Source: the human T2T-CHM13v2.0 reference genome, Homo sapiens. From it: DNA of 64,000 nucleotides. Location of the stretch: the NCBI RefSeq assembly GCF_009914755.1, contig NC_060941.1; one strand, written 5' to 3'. How positions within the stretch are numbered: the first letter of the stretch is position 1; each line of letters starts with the position of its first letter. Of this stretch, positions 25,412 to 49,341 are shown piece by piece. Made by a program: the position numbers and the translations under genes. Under the pieces are notes generated by a model, which searched no databases, was not told the origin of the DNA, and was given only the letters and a program-made list of their open reading frames with translations.

Positions 25412-26627
25412 CTAGCCTAGAACATAGGATGAAAATCTCAGGATCCTAAGCATCATCATTTTTAAAGAAATTTTCAAAATTGAATTCTGTTAACAATGAG
25501 GGAGGAGGAACAGATTTGCACAGGCAACAGCAGTGTTTGCCACGCTTGCTCAGTCCAGGCAGTCAGTCCAGCCACTCAAGGTGACTCCAGAGAAATTTTG
25601 GGAAAGAAGGGGACTCAGAGAAGGAGCCACCCTGCTGTCCCCTGGGCAGGGCTGGCCCACAGCAGAGGCGGAGCTGAGTCCAAGCCTGGCACCAGTCCTC
25701 CCTGCAGCCTTCTGGAGTGTGAGCTGGTGAAGTTCCTTTTTTAAACTTTTTGAATCTTAGTTTGCTGCTATTTCAACATCATCCTGACAGATTGGGATCC
25801 GGGAAATGTCACCCGCTCAGCCTTGAGTACCCCAAAGTGGGATGAGCAGAGAGGTGGCCAAGGAGTAGAGGGGAGTCCCGGCAGAGCAGTGAGGGCTCTG
25901 GAGCCGGGGGCCCCACATTCAAGGCAGATGGTGTGGGAACTGCCTGGATGGCAGCAGTTGGGGGAGAGGGGACAAGAGTCATTGCAGGTCAGGGTTGGAG
26001 CTCAGGGGCCCGTGCCCTACCTTTCCCTCAGGCAAGTCCTCAACCAATGGTCTCTAAACACCAGCACACCCCTCATGACCTGCATGGCGTGGCCTGGCTT
26101 TGTAGGGTAGTTCTCATGTCACTTTATTCCTGTGTTTATTGTCTTTCTCTGTCCATGCAGCAGGGACATTTGCTGCTCAACAAATAACGACTGCTCCTCC
26201 ACAGTTCCCAGAACCCTTTCAGCTCTGGGCTGTGGTCCTGGCCAGTGGGCTATGAGTGGAGGTGATCTGGGGTGGCCTCTCCAGTTCTCCCTTCCCTGCT
26301 TTGGTGAACCCCTAGCCCTGCACTGAGATGGTGAAGGCTCTGTCAGCTCCTCTCTGGTTGACCTTGTGGAGCAGAGCTCCCCCAACCTCCTCTGTAGCCG
26401 CCGCCATTCTGAGGTTAACTTGTTCCTGCCGCATAACCCTGCAGGTCCTGCCGAAGACGCTCCCATCAAGGTGAGCTCCTCGAGCGCAGTCCCCGCCACG
26501 ACTGCCTGCTGGAGGAACCCATAGGTGGGCGCAATCTTCCCTTCTGCTCTAGAACATCAGGAGACAGAGGGCATCAGCAATGCAACAGAGACGGAAGCCT
26601 TTTATGGCTTGAGACTTTGCCTTTTAG

Positions 26628-26949
<322 letters not shown>

Positions 26950-27727
26950 TACATTTTTTTTTTAATCTGAGAATCTAAACACCAGGAGCAATCAATGGAC
27001 TCAACAATGGCATGCTATGGCTGTGGCTCCTGGGCAGAAGTAGGCCCCCTTCTGTGCACCATGCATAGCATGGCATGGATTGCAATGTGCAATCCGGAAA
27101 TGTCACCTGCTCTCCTTGGTGACACGAGAGTTGCGATTATCCTTGGTCTTTATGTTTTGGACAATAGCAATTATGTGGAAAGGTTGAATCATAATTGGGC
27201 AAATATTTTTTTCCAGCCCATTCCTTAATCCATGTCATAGAAAGAAAAAACAGTAGATTAAATCATGGTGTTGGGACTAGACCAATTTTTTTAAATTGCT
27301 GTTTTATTTTAAATTGAGATCTAATTTGGAAATAGAATTAGTTCAGAAAAGGTCAGACTTGGGGCATTATGAATAAAGTAGGTAATATTGTAAATTGTGT
27401 CATACTAACAACACATAGAAAAAGGAGATGGACGAGGATGAAAAGAAGAGGAAGAGGAGAAAGAGGTGATTATGATTCTCACCCACCTGCTCTAATTCTT
27501 CAGTTTGGAAAGTGCAGATAATGTCCTTGGGAACCCTTAGCTTTCTCTCCTCCATTCTGAATGTTTCCAACTGCGTCAATAGCTCCTGATGCAAAGGTTT
27601 TGAGGAGGCTCTGTGATGTCAGAGAAGACCAGATGCCCCAGAGCTGTGGCACCTGTGGCTGGCACCCGGAGACCTTGGCTAGTGACACTGCTTCTTAAAC
27701 CTCAGGTTCCTAATCTATAAATAGAGT

Positions 27728-28035
<308 letters not shown>

Positions 28036-28347
28036 TCACACCCTCACTGCACAGGGCCATTGTGCAGTGGGTGTAGTGGGTGCATTGTGCATTGGGTGAA
28101 GGTGAAGGTGAGAAGCCAGCATGTGCCAGCCAAGGCTCCTCTTCCTCCCACCTTCGGCTGGGGGCAACTGTCATTTATCAGAGCATTACCTGTGGGGCCC
28201 TTACCTGGGATGCATGAGGACAACAGGACACACTGTCTTTGATTAGGATGTTGTCTTTGTGGTTAATATGGTTTAAAACCTCTGGGCTGTTTTATCCCAC
28301 AGCGGGATCCTATGAAGCTTGTTGTCATCTAAAATCAGGTAATTTCA

Positions 28348-28701
<354 letters not shown>

Positions 28702-28734
28702 TTAGAGCAACAAAACGCCAATGATGTCTTTGAA

Positions 28735-29140
28735 ACTCACTCATTTTTTCATTTACTCAACAAATATTTACATAGCACCTTCTATGTATAGGCCACTGTT
28801 CTAGCCTCTAGAGATCTAGAGGGAATGCAATGGACAAAGGTCAGCGCTTGCCTTCGAGTGGGGACAGACAGGCAATAAACAGATACACAGACAAGACAAA
28901 GACTAAGGCAGGCGAGTGAGAGTGAATAGGGAAAAGAGGTGAGATTTGAGCCGGAGGAGGCTTGATGAGAAGGATCCAGGAGAAGAAGGAACAGTCCTGA
29001 GGAAGGGAAAGGCTTGCAGGAGGCCATGGGTGTTGACCAGGAAATTCGTGGCAGAGGTCAGAGAGTAAGGCAGGGCCCAGAGCACATAGCGCTTTGCAAG
29101 GCAATTTACGGATCCTCAAGTGCAACAGGAAGCCATCATA
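28735..29140 (-). mobile_element. L2 3' fragment
   Basis: ttcatttactcaacaaatattt... antisense L2 end. Confidence 0.65.
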
Positions 29141-29144
29141 ACAT

Positions 29145-30082
<938 letters not shown>

Positions 30083-30404
30083 ATGCCTCTTATTTTTGCA
30101 TTTTAACTTTGCCCTAATGGAGATTTTTGTATTGGGAATATCATCTGGGTGCACAGTGAAGAATGAACCACAGGGAAGCAAGAGTGGAGGAAAGAAGGCC
30201 ACTTAGAAAGCATTTGCTGGTGCTCAGGCCAGGGACGTGAGGGTGAAAATGCAGAGTTGGACACGTTTTTGTGATAGTTGAAGGTGCTCCCCTGGGGGCT
30301 TGCGGAAGTCTTGAACTTGAAGGAAAGCTGGGAGTAAAGGCTGACTCCTAGGTTTTGGCCTCAGCCACTCTGCAGGGTGACATTCACTGGGAAAGAATGG
30401 CTTA

Positions 30405-30761
<357 letters not shown>

Positions 30762-31194
30762 CTATTGAGACTCCAGTTCACAGTTCAAGTCAGTTGTCGG
30801 GTATATGAGTCAGGAGCTCAAGGTCAGGAGGGCTGGAGACTAACTTGGGAACACAAGCTGGTGAGGGAGGAGAACTGGAGCACGTGGGGTCCAGGAACCC
30901 GGAGAACAGAGTGTTCGAGGGAGGTTGGGGTCAGACGGAAGGAGGTGGCAGGGCAGTGGAGATGCCCAAGGTGGCTGCGAGACCCTGGGGATCTGCCCGC
31001 ACGAGACTGTGCCTGCCTGGTCAAGAGCCAGGGCTTCCCTGTAGGACAGAGGTGAGGGAGGGTCACCTGGGCAAGCGGAAGTTAGTGGGGACAGGAAGCG
31101 CTGTTTGAGAACAACCATTCAGATGAGTCTTGCCGGGAAGGAGCGTAGAGACATGAGGCAGTTGCCGCAGGGGGAGCCAGTTAGGAGAAAATAT

Positions 31195-31592
<398 letters not shown>

Positions 31593-32631
31593 TAAGAAAA
31601 CAGTTTCCTCTCTGCTCCTGCTCCCACCCCCTCACTGGAGGGAAGGAAGCACAGGTAACACTTAACGGTTTTTCTGGTTGCATTTGGGGTCTGGGGGACT
31701 TGGAATAAGGTTCAAGACACTAGAGAATAGGAATGGTCCAGGACAGAAGGGGAAACTGAAGATGCAGGAGAGAGAGTAAGGTCAGGAGTGGGAAGGGGGT
31801 GGTGGTGGCGGGGCACGGGCCAGGTGGAGGGTGGGCTTTTGCTGGGAGCAGGCACAGGTGGGGCCAGGCACACCTGTTGGTGGTGGCACAAAACTCTATG
31901 TTTTCACAAGGAAATCTCAGCAAAAGCCGGGAGGGCTTTCCTGCATGATACCAGGAGAGTCTGTGTAGAGGACCCTGAGGGACAGGCCCAGCCTCAGCAG
32001 GTCTCCCCCAGCAGCCTCCCCTTACCTGCCAGGCCCAGGCTGGGAGGCTTCCTGGCTCTGAGTCTAACCAGCCCCCAGAACACCCAGCTTCAGACTCCCC
32101 TTGCCAGACCCTGTCCTGGCTCCTCAGGCCTCTGGGGCGGGACTCTGGGCCAGCTGCAGCCCAACGCCATGCAGTTGAGGCACCGTGGGTGCTGGTGCTG
32201 CCTGGCCTCGGGTCCTTTGCCCCCACGAGCAGCACTATGACATCACCAGGGCGTTTTGTGTTGACTACTGCATCGTCTCACAAAGTGGCCCCTGCCCGAG
32301 ATAGTGAAGCTAGTCTGGGAAGAGACGGCATCAGCTCCCCATATCTGAGCCACTGTGCCGACAAGGCCCAGCCTCCTCAGGCTCTCCTTGGCTGGACACA
32401 CCAGAGATGGAGCTGACCTCCCCAAGTCTAAAAGGAAGACAAGTGTCACCCTGACACCGTGCATGGCCTCCTGGCACAAGGCCCCACCAGCTGATGAGAG
32501 GCCTTTGCTGGTACATCAGTGACCACACTGCGTGGGGCAGTGGGATCAGGCAGGACAGGTCGGTGGGTGCAGGGCTACAAAAGAAGTGCCATATGCCTGC
32601 ATTTGCTGAGTTAGAAAATTGTATTCGTCTC

Positions 32632-32637
32632 TTTATT
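32632..32637 (-). terminator. ALDH3A1: ALDH3A1 polyadenylation signal AATAAA
   Basis: tttatt on the + strand ~200 nt after the stop codon. Confidence 0.9.
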
Positions 32638-32838
32638 GGTCTAGAAAGGGGTGGAGACTTGGAATGGTGAGGCCTGGGCCCATGTGGGAGTGGGGTGTGC
32701 ACAGGTCAGCAGGTCAGCAGAGGAGTGGGGCTGGGCTGGGGCTGCAGGAGCGATTCTCCCAGGGCCAGGAGAGCCAGTGAGGGTGGTCCGCACTCCGATG
32801 GGACACAGTATGGCCAGGCCAGGCGGAGCAACCCCTCC

Positions 32839-40060
<7,222 letters not shown>

Positions 40061-40720
40061 TTGCTTGCAAAGCTGATGGCACAATCCCAGACCAACACCC
40101 CCAGAGCTCTGCACACGCAGTCAGCCACTCTCCAGATCAGATTGGAGGGGCGCAGTCCGCGATTCCACACCCAAGCCGATAAAGAAAAACCCAGCACCAC
40201 CCTCCTGGCTAAGCCATTGTTCTAAAAAGCGCTGGTTTCTTGGCAGAGCTGAACCAGGCTTGGTGTGTAAACCACGCGTGCCACACCTGGGAGACGCACG
40301 CCCATGCCCGCCAAGGATTCAGAGAGCTGCAGATTTCCACAAAGAGGTGTGGAGGCGATTCCTGCTACCAATACACGAAAGTATAGTGGCAAATCGGGAT
40401 GGCCCTGCTGGGGGCAATTTGGCAATATGTGGCAAAAGTTTTTCAAACATACTTCTCTGTGACGAAAAGGTCCTACAGCCTTTCCTAAACATTCACGAAT
40501 AAGAAAGTCATCACTGTTTTCTATAACAGGGAAGTATTGTAAACATCCCAAAGATCCGAAAGAAAGGAGACAGTTTAAATGACTCCTGTCACACCCACGT
40601 AAGGGTTTACTGTGCAGTATTTAGGGATTAGGTGGAGCAGGCTATTCAGCATGTTTGTAGGGGCTCTCTCTGCACCAGGGGTGTCTCAGGCACTGGGGAT
40701 AAGAAAGAAAACAGGTTACA

Positions 40721-41185
40721 GGCCGGGCGCGGTGGCTCACGCCTATAATCCTAGCAAACACTTTGGGAGGCTGAGGTGGGCGGGTCACCTGAGGTCAGAA
40801 GTTCAAAACCAGCCTGGCCAACATGGTGAAACCCTGTCTCTACTAAAAATACAAAAATTATCTGGGAGTGGTGGCAGGCACCTGTAGTCCCAGCTACTTG
40901 GGAGGCTGAGGCAGGAGAATTGCTTGAACCAAGCTGAGAGGAGGAGGTTGCAGTGGGCCGAGATTGGGCCATTGCACTCCAGCACTTTGACCGGGAGAAT
41001 GGAGCCATAATCACAGAGTTCTCCTATTAGATTAGTGGTAGGAGGTAAGGCAAGGTTAGTGAGATTTGCTAGAAGTCAAGAGGCTGTCAGTGGAAGCGGT
41101 ATTTGAAGGCCTCGGGTAAGTAATATAATTACTTTCAGCGAGACTCCATCTAAAAAAAGAAAAAGAAAGAAAGAAAGAAAGAAAA
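40721..41185 (+). mobile_element. AluS interrupted by a 153-nt foreign segment (40984-41136)
   Basis: Alu breaks after CACTCCAGC and resumes at AGCGAGACTCCATCT. Confidence 0.85.
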
Positions 41186-41220
41186 ACAGAAAACAAGTTA
41201 CAGAACAACAGATGTACCAG

Positions 41221-41372
41221 GCGTGTGCATGTGTGTGTGTGCGTGTGTGTGTGTGCGTGTGCGTGTGTGTGCATGTGTGTGTGTGCGTGTGTGTGCATGT
41301 GCGTGTGTGTGTGCGTGCGTGTGTGTGCATGTGCGTGTGTGTGCGCGCGTGTGCGTGTGTGTGTGGGCGTGC
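41221..41372. repeat. Compound (TG/CG/CA) alternating purine-pyrimidine microsatellite in ALDH3A1 intron 1
   Basis: Uninterrupted RY alternation over 41221-41365. Confidence 0.95.
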
Positions 41373-42876
41373 ACGCTCTAACATGCAAGAAAGGACTAGA
41401 ACGGTAGCCCCCGACACGATGAGACAACTGATGGGGGTGGAATTATTGATGATCTGTTTTCCTCTTATGCAATGTTTGACTTTTTGCAATGAGCTTGTAT
41501 TTTTTAAATTTTGGTGCGTTTTAAGATAGGCACTACATGCTCATGAAACAAAATGTAAAATATAGCAAAGGGGCACAGAAAAAAGTCTGCCTCCCTCCTC
41601 CCTGCTCCATCAGCTGTCAGGTGCTGCCCCACAGAGGGGCCACTGTTACCAGTTCCTTACTCCCCTTCCTGAGATACTCAGCCCACTTGCAGACCCGGCA
41701 TAACTTTTAACATCAGCAGAAATAGGGTATTTCCATTTTTTTAAAAAACCCTATATATCATATGTAATATATAATTATATTGTATATAGATATATGGTCC
41801 TGCCTACATTCCAGCGAGTGGCTTCCAATCCTTCCTCTGCCTCCCCTCCCCATAGGCTGACCCCTAATCCCAGGCTTTCTGCACAGGGAGGAGGGACCTG
41901 CTGGCATTGAGGGTGCTCTAAGCCTGGCCCTTCCATGGTCCCTCCCTATGTTCTGATAGGAGGCTGGGAAAGCCCCCTCACTGGGACCTCCTCAGTCCCA
42001 TGGGCCAGGCCCCTCCTGCTGACCACAACCCAGGAGAGAAGGTCCCGCTTCTCTCCCGAGCCTTGTACGGTCAAACCAAGGCAGGCAGCCCAGGTGGGAA
42101 GAGCCTGGTGAGCGTGGGACGGGATTGGCCTTGCACCCCAGCATCGCCACTTGGAACTGTGGTCTCTGGGCTGGACGGCCTTCCCAGGACTTCCCCGAGA
42201 GACAGGTTAACAAAGGTGCCACTTCACAGAGATGAGTGGACACCATCACGTCGCAGCTGCACCCAAATGGGAGCTGCTGCAGCATGCACTGGGGGCCTCC
42301 CCAGAGCCCGTCGCCTCACACCCCACATTCCTGCACCCCGCTCCTCTCACCTGTGCCAGTGTTGACTTTGCCCCCCAGTGACACCTCCTCCCCTCCTCAT
42401 TGCCTTCCATCCTCACAAAAGCTCTGTAGTGATGCCCATGAAGAAGAAACGGTTATGAGTGCATTTTACAGATGAGGAAAGGGAGACTGAGAAACGTTTA
42501 ATGCTGTATCTGATCTCACAGTTAGCAGGTGGCATGTCAGGGTTTGAACCCACATGCATCTCTGTCAGCAGCTCATGCCTTTAGCACTCGGCTCTGCTGC
42601 CTTCCTTCCAGTCATGGAGTCTGACGGCCCATCAGGGCCTCTCACTCCACGGCCACCTTGGTGTCCCTGCTCCGCGGATCCCTGGGACCTCTGCCTCCTG
42701 GTTTGGGGGATGGCAGAGCTGCCAGAGGTCCAGGAGGATGCTCCAGAGATGATGGTCCCAGAGGCAGGGACCCCCTGGAGAGATGATGTAGGACTCTTGA
42801 CACTTAGGGCCCCGGCTCTGAGTGCAGACTCCACCTAGACAAGAGAAAAAATAAGGAATGCAGGGAAGAGGATTAC

Positions 42877-42915
42877 CTTTGACACAGCCTCTCCCGGTAA
42901 CTGGGGCTCCTGGAA
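42877..42915 (-). other. ALDH3A1: ALDH3A1 non-coding exon 1
   Basis: CCAGGAGCCCCAGTTACCGGGAGAGGCTGTGTCAAAG|gtaat; splices to GCGCCATG as in the recalled mRNA 5' end; TSS approximate. Confidence 0.88.
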
Positions 42916-42937
42916 CGGCAAGAGCCAAGAGGGGACG

Positions 42938-42944
42938 TATTTAA
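42938..42944 (-). promoter_or_regulatory. ALDH3A1: TATA-like box (TTAAATA) of the ALDH3A1 promoter
   Basis: Located ~25-30 nt upstream of exon 1. Confidence 0.8.
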
Positions 42945-42993
42945 GGACCCTGCTTCCCGTCCATTGAGCCCTTGGAGTTCCTGCCCAGGAAGT

Positions 42994-43001
42994 TTGCGTG
43001 A
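42994..43001 (+). promoter_or_regulatory. Xenobiotic response element (AhR/ARNT) TTGCGTGA, proximal
   Basis: Full TNGCGTG consensus ~80 bp upstream of the ALDH3A1 TSS; ALDH3A1 is an established AhR target. Confidence 0.7.
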
Positions 43002-45041
43002 CAAGAAAAAAAAATATTCAAATGTGGGGTGTGGCGTCCTCTGGACCTCTGCTCCCTACAGCCCAGGTTTTGGGGATTAGGTCCCGGGCTGTTTGCTTTT
43101 GTTCACTTCTGAAATGCGAGAATGTTTCTGAAGGCTTGGGCAGGGCACATCTCCAATCTTCAAAAGAGCCTATGTTTGCCCTGGGCGTGGGGGCTGCTGA
43201 TTGATTCAGCCTGGCATGGAGCTCTTCCAGCTTTCCAGACTTGCCGCTGCCAGATGCGGTTCTCTGAGTTCTCTGGTTACATAAGATCGGCAGGGCTCAG
43301 CCACGAACCACAGTGAGAGCATGCAGCTCCCCCGAAACGCACCCCCAGCCACCGCTGCCCCGGGCCCTTCACATCCCCCAGTGTGCACAGGGCCCCATTG
43401 AGTCAGAGATCCTAACCCTGGGGAGCCACAGGCTGGGGACTTTTGATGGGGGTCTCCAATCCATAAATCTGCTCTCTCGTTGAATAGCTGAGAAGAGGGC
43501 CAAGGGTCTGTGTGGTCACCGAAAACCAGAGATGCTTGGGAAGGAAGGAGTCTGGAAAAGCCGTTCCCACGCTGTCTGATCAATGTTCGCTGGGCTCCTG
43601 CTCTGCACCACGCTGTGGGGAGGAGGCAGGTGTGGAACAGACTCTCGGCCCCTCTCACCAGGCGCTTCCCGCCACCCTCACCCGCCTGCAGGCAGACTGC
43701 TTACCAGCATGGGGTCCCTGCTTCCCATTTCATTCGAGGAAAACACAAGGTTCCGGTCCTGGCCTACGAGTCCTGAGGATGTGCTCTGGCCCTCCTGCTT
43801 CTCTCCACCTGGAGCCCCCTTCCCCTACATCCACCCACACGGCTACGCTCCAATGTGCTGTGGAAAATAGCACAATGCTGTCGTCTTCCTCCATTATTTT
43901 TTCTCTGGAGCGTTTATATCTTGTTTGCTACCTGTCCCTTAACTCCTGACAGCTAGAATTTGATTTGTTCACTGCTGTAACCTCCATACAGCATTTATAG
44001 TAGATGCTCAATAAATATTTATTGACTGACAAAATAAACAGGAAATTTCAAAATAATGTGAACACTGTAGTAACCAGGTAGGCAGAGGATGCTAGAGGGG
44101 CTGGGGTGAGAGTCCGTGGGAGGGAACATCATCTGAGCTGAGTGAGAAGCATTTGGGCAAGGAACAGCAAGGGGGCTGGAAGAGCAGAAGCAAAGGCACA
44201 GAGGCTGGGAACGTTATGTCACGAAAAAGTGCGATGTGTCCACTGTTGCCAGCAGGAGGTGTGGAGGTGAATGACTCTCCTGGGGCGGGGGCTCACGGAG
44301 GCCTGTGGGCCAGGCTGGCTGTGGGGGTGCAGGGCGCTGAGGAGATTATCAGACAGACAAATGTCTGCTATTTTTTGTTTTAGAGAACCCCCTGGACAGG
44401 GCACAGTGTGAGAAAGGTCTAGCCCAAAGGCTGCAGCTTCCAGCAATGCAGGCAAGAAATGACGAGACCCCCAAATAAGACTAACAGAATGGGAAACATT
44501 CCAGAAACAGCAGAAAGAAGCATCTGCAGGACCTCGCACCTGTGCAGGGGCTGGACTGGGTGGTAGGTGCAAAGTGGGGTGCCTCCTGAGAGGGGAGAAG
44601 ACCGAGCCTGTGCCAGCCTCTCCCCTTTTCTGGTGGCAGCAGCTGATTATCTTTGCAGGCAACCCCTTCCTCCTTGGTGAGATGATCAACCAGGTGCCTT
44701 CTCCAGGCCAGCCATGGGTTGGGGTGGGCTCCCCATGAGGCCTCCCTGACTCTCCTGGGAATTTGGATCTTGAGTAGAGGGCAGAATGCAAGGCCGAAGG
44801 CCATTCGGAGCTGACTTCTTGTGGCAGCGGCCCTCCCCTGGGAGAACCATGGAAGCAACTAGCAAAAGCCAGCAACACAGCATTGAGTACACGAAGTGAC
44901 CAGAACAGTGCCTGGCGGGCCGAGGGCATCCTGGAAAGGTTAGGTGGTGTGGGTGTCATCAAAAGTGGCAGCAGTAGTGGTGGAAGCGTCAGAGCAAGGA
45001 GCCTAAAAGCAGTTCAAATCTACGAAGAACAAAATCCTTGT

Positions 45042-45048
45042 TTGCGTG
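45042..45048 (+). promoter_or_regulatory. Candidate distal XRE TTGCGTG ~2.1 kb upstream of ALDH3A1
   Basis: Consensus match only. Confidence 0.45.
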
Positions 45049-45134
45049 TTTGGGTTTTGGTTATAGTTTCAGTAGTGGCAAAAGTGTGGGAGTGTGGGTT
45101 GTGCTAGAAACTTGCAGATACTTGCTTTTCAGAT

Positions 45135-45415
45135 TTTCTTTTTTCTTTTTTTTTTTTTTTTTTTGAGACAGGGTGTTGCTCTGTTGCCCAGGCTGGAGTG
45201 CAGTGGTGCCATCACGGCTCACTGCAGCTTTGAATTCCGGTGCTCAAGCGATCCTCCCACCTTGTGACTACAGGAACCCACCACCATGCCTGGCTAATTT
45301 TTAAATGTTTTGTAGAGATGGGTCTCATTATGTTGCCCAGGCTGGTCTCAAACTCCTGGGCTCAATTCATCTTCCCGCCTCAGCCTCCCAAAGTGCTGGG
45401 ATTGCAAGCATGAGT
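45135..45415 (-). mobile_element. AluJ
   Basis: Antisense Alu. Confidence 0.88.
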
Positions 45416-45419
45416 TAAT

Positions 45420-46190
45420 CTTTGCAAGTCCTAATACTCCATCCCCAATGCCTCATCCTCACCTGGGCTGTCACTCACTCTCTCTCTCCCAGGCCACTGT
45501 TCTTGCCCTCTACCTACTCTCCTTGAGTCAGGCTCAGCTGCCTTCTCCAAGTGGCTGCCAGAGAGACATGCGGACGATAAGGACCTGAGCATGTCTCTCC
45601 CCTGATTCACATCCTTGGGTGGCACCCCCTTGCTGTCAGGAAGCTTCCTCCCATGGCCTGTGAGCCCCTGCCTGGCCTGGCTCCTGGCTGCCTTGCCAGC
45701 CTCACTTCGCACCACTTCCCACCATTCTCACTGCACTCCAGTCTGCTGGCATTCCTTGACTTAACCAGGCAATTTCCTACCACAAGGCCTTTGCACATGC
45801 TGTTCTTGCTCCCTGGGACACTTTTTCTTCCACTCTGCACCAGACTAACTCTTATCCATGTTCAGATCTCAGCTTCCCTGACCTCTCTCACCTCTCAAAT
45901 AAAACCTTCCTTACTTCCAGGAACCTGTCACAACCTGCGTTCATATCTTTGTTTGTGTGACTATGTCTCTCCTTATTCCCCCTTGGACTGGAATGTCCAC
46001 AAAGGCAGAGATCTCAACTTTTGTTCAGCACCATATCCTGGCACAAGGGAGACCTCTGAAGATACGGAAGCAGCCCACTACACCTAACCATCCCTCTGAT
46101 GGAAAAGCAATCATTTAGCAAGACGATTTTCAGCAAATTCACCCAAAGCTAGCAAAAAAAGTGTTGAATGAATGAATGAATGAATGAATA
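45420..46190 (+). mobile_element. L2 3' region with (GAAT)n tail
   Basis: ggcctttgcacatgctgttc motif and tgaatgaatgaa end. Confidence 0.7.
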
Positions 46191-46271
46191 GCGAGTTTGC
46201 TTAAATTTCAAGGAACATTTAGATTAGATATAGTTGTTGGGAGGGGAAACCACTTTCTTTATACGAGTAGA

Positions 46272-47300
<1,029 letters not shown>

Positions 47301-48987
47301 AGAGCAGTCAGTCTGTTACAAAGCCCTCTGTTACTGTTACAAAGCCCCTCTTTGGAGAGGCATGAAGTCAGCAGAACTGGCTGTGCCCGGGGCAATTTCC
47401 CCACTGTGTCCACACCTTCTGGGGACTTGTAGGAAAGGACTTCTGGGGCTTCTTCATCTCTTTATCTGCTGCCAGTCATAGTGCCTTGGGTCAGAGAAGC
47501 TGCAGGTTTGCAGCCAGCGGAGGTGAGTGCGAGCAAGGGGGAGCCTCCCCTAAGATGCTGCAGAGGCCCCAGTCCTCACCCCATCTCCCTTGGACTTTCC
47601 TGCTCCCAGGAAGCTGTGGCTCCCAGGCCCAGGCCCTGGCTCCCAGGAAGCCTCTGCCGAGTCAGGACAAAGGGCATCTTAGCGGGGCAGAAGGCATGAG
47701 TGCTGGCTGGAGGGGAAGTGGGTACTAGGGCCATCCTGGCTAAGTCAGCCTGCCAGGCAGGATGGCAGCAAAGTGCAAGTCATGGTGAGTTAGGCACGGG
47801 CAGCCTCACAGCAGGAATGCCCGGCCCTCCTAGCCCAGGCGGAACCTGCCTGAGTCACCGCCTGGCTGCAGCCCCAGCTGCAGAGCCTCTGCAGACCAGC
47901 CCACACCCCGGCCATCCTGGAAGGGACACAGCGGGCATGCCAGGAGGACATGCCAGGGCACGCTTGGGTTGGTACTGCCAGTCTCTTGGGGTCTGGGAAG
48001 CCCCGTCCTGGATCTTAACGGACACGGAATGCACCCTCATCACACATGAAATATAATGTTTACTCGAAAAATGCAAAGAAAATTTAAGTTTTGTTTCTTC
48101 ACAATAATCACACAAATGTAATTTTACAAACATAATACACATTGTTTAGCTCAGACTTTTTCTTTTGTACGTACTTGGTTTGCCCCTTTCTCAATATGAG
48201 TGTCTCATCTGTAATCCACAATATTTTCCCTAAGTTTTTCTCAGTGCTTATTTGACATACACAAAAATGTACATGACACACTGGAAGCTGTCAGCATTTT
48301 AAAAGCAGAGCCTCATCATGCACCCTCTTCTGCATCTTCTGACCCCACTCCCTCCGGGGCGGCCGGGAGCTGGAGTCCATTCCTCCTCATGGCCGTGTGA
48401 AAGCAGTGGTAAGCATGTAGAATGTGCAAGCAACCACAATGTTCCCCGTGGATGGGAGACCACTTTGCCTTCCACTTTGGATCAATGCTCCATGGGCCGC
48501 TTTGCATGTCTTGGCGTGTGTATTTCTGCGTGTTAGATCCCAGGGATGCTGGCTTTGTCAGTCTTCACAGGTGTTGCCGGTGACTATCCACCAAGGTGGC
48601 CCTAAGGGGCTGTTGTAGTTCCAGCTGGCCTGGCAGTGTGTGGCACTCTGCCGTTTCCCTGCCGCCTAGTGGCTGGTGCATTCCTCACTGTGCAATGGCC
48701 ATTGGCATTTGCCCATTTCTTGGAAGGGTTTGTGTTTTCCTTGTCAGTGTCTAGGAGCTCTTTGTATATTACAGCCATCTGCATCACTAGTATTTTCCTG
48801 AATCTATCATTTATCCACGGACTTTATTTATGGTATATTTTGTTATATAAAAGTTTTTATAAAGCTAAATAGAACTCTCCTGTTTTAGTTTAGATTAGGA
48901 GGGTACTCCTTGCCCCAGGATTAATTCCTAATTTTCTGCTAAGATTTTTATTGTTTTATTATTCACTTTGAATCCATCAAGAGTTGA

Positions 48988-49341
<354 letters not shown>

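Noticed and set aside
26360-26470. Minus-strand resemblance to ALDH3A1 exon 2 (FGRT...EEVGGALLHK|GT), suggesting a decayed ALDH3 paralogue
   Set aside because: Only short scattered matches with wrong spacing, and no other ALDH exons were found nearby.
41056-41529. His/Thr- and Cys/Val-rich ORFs
   Set aside because: Translations of the (TG/CA) microsatellite.
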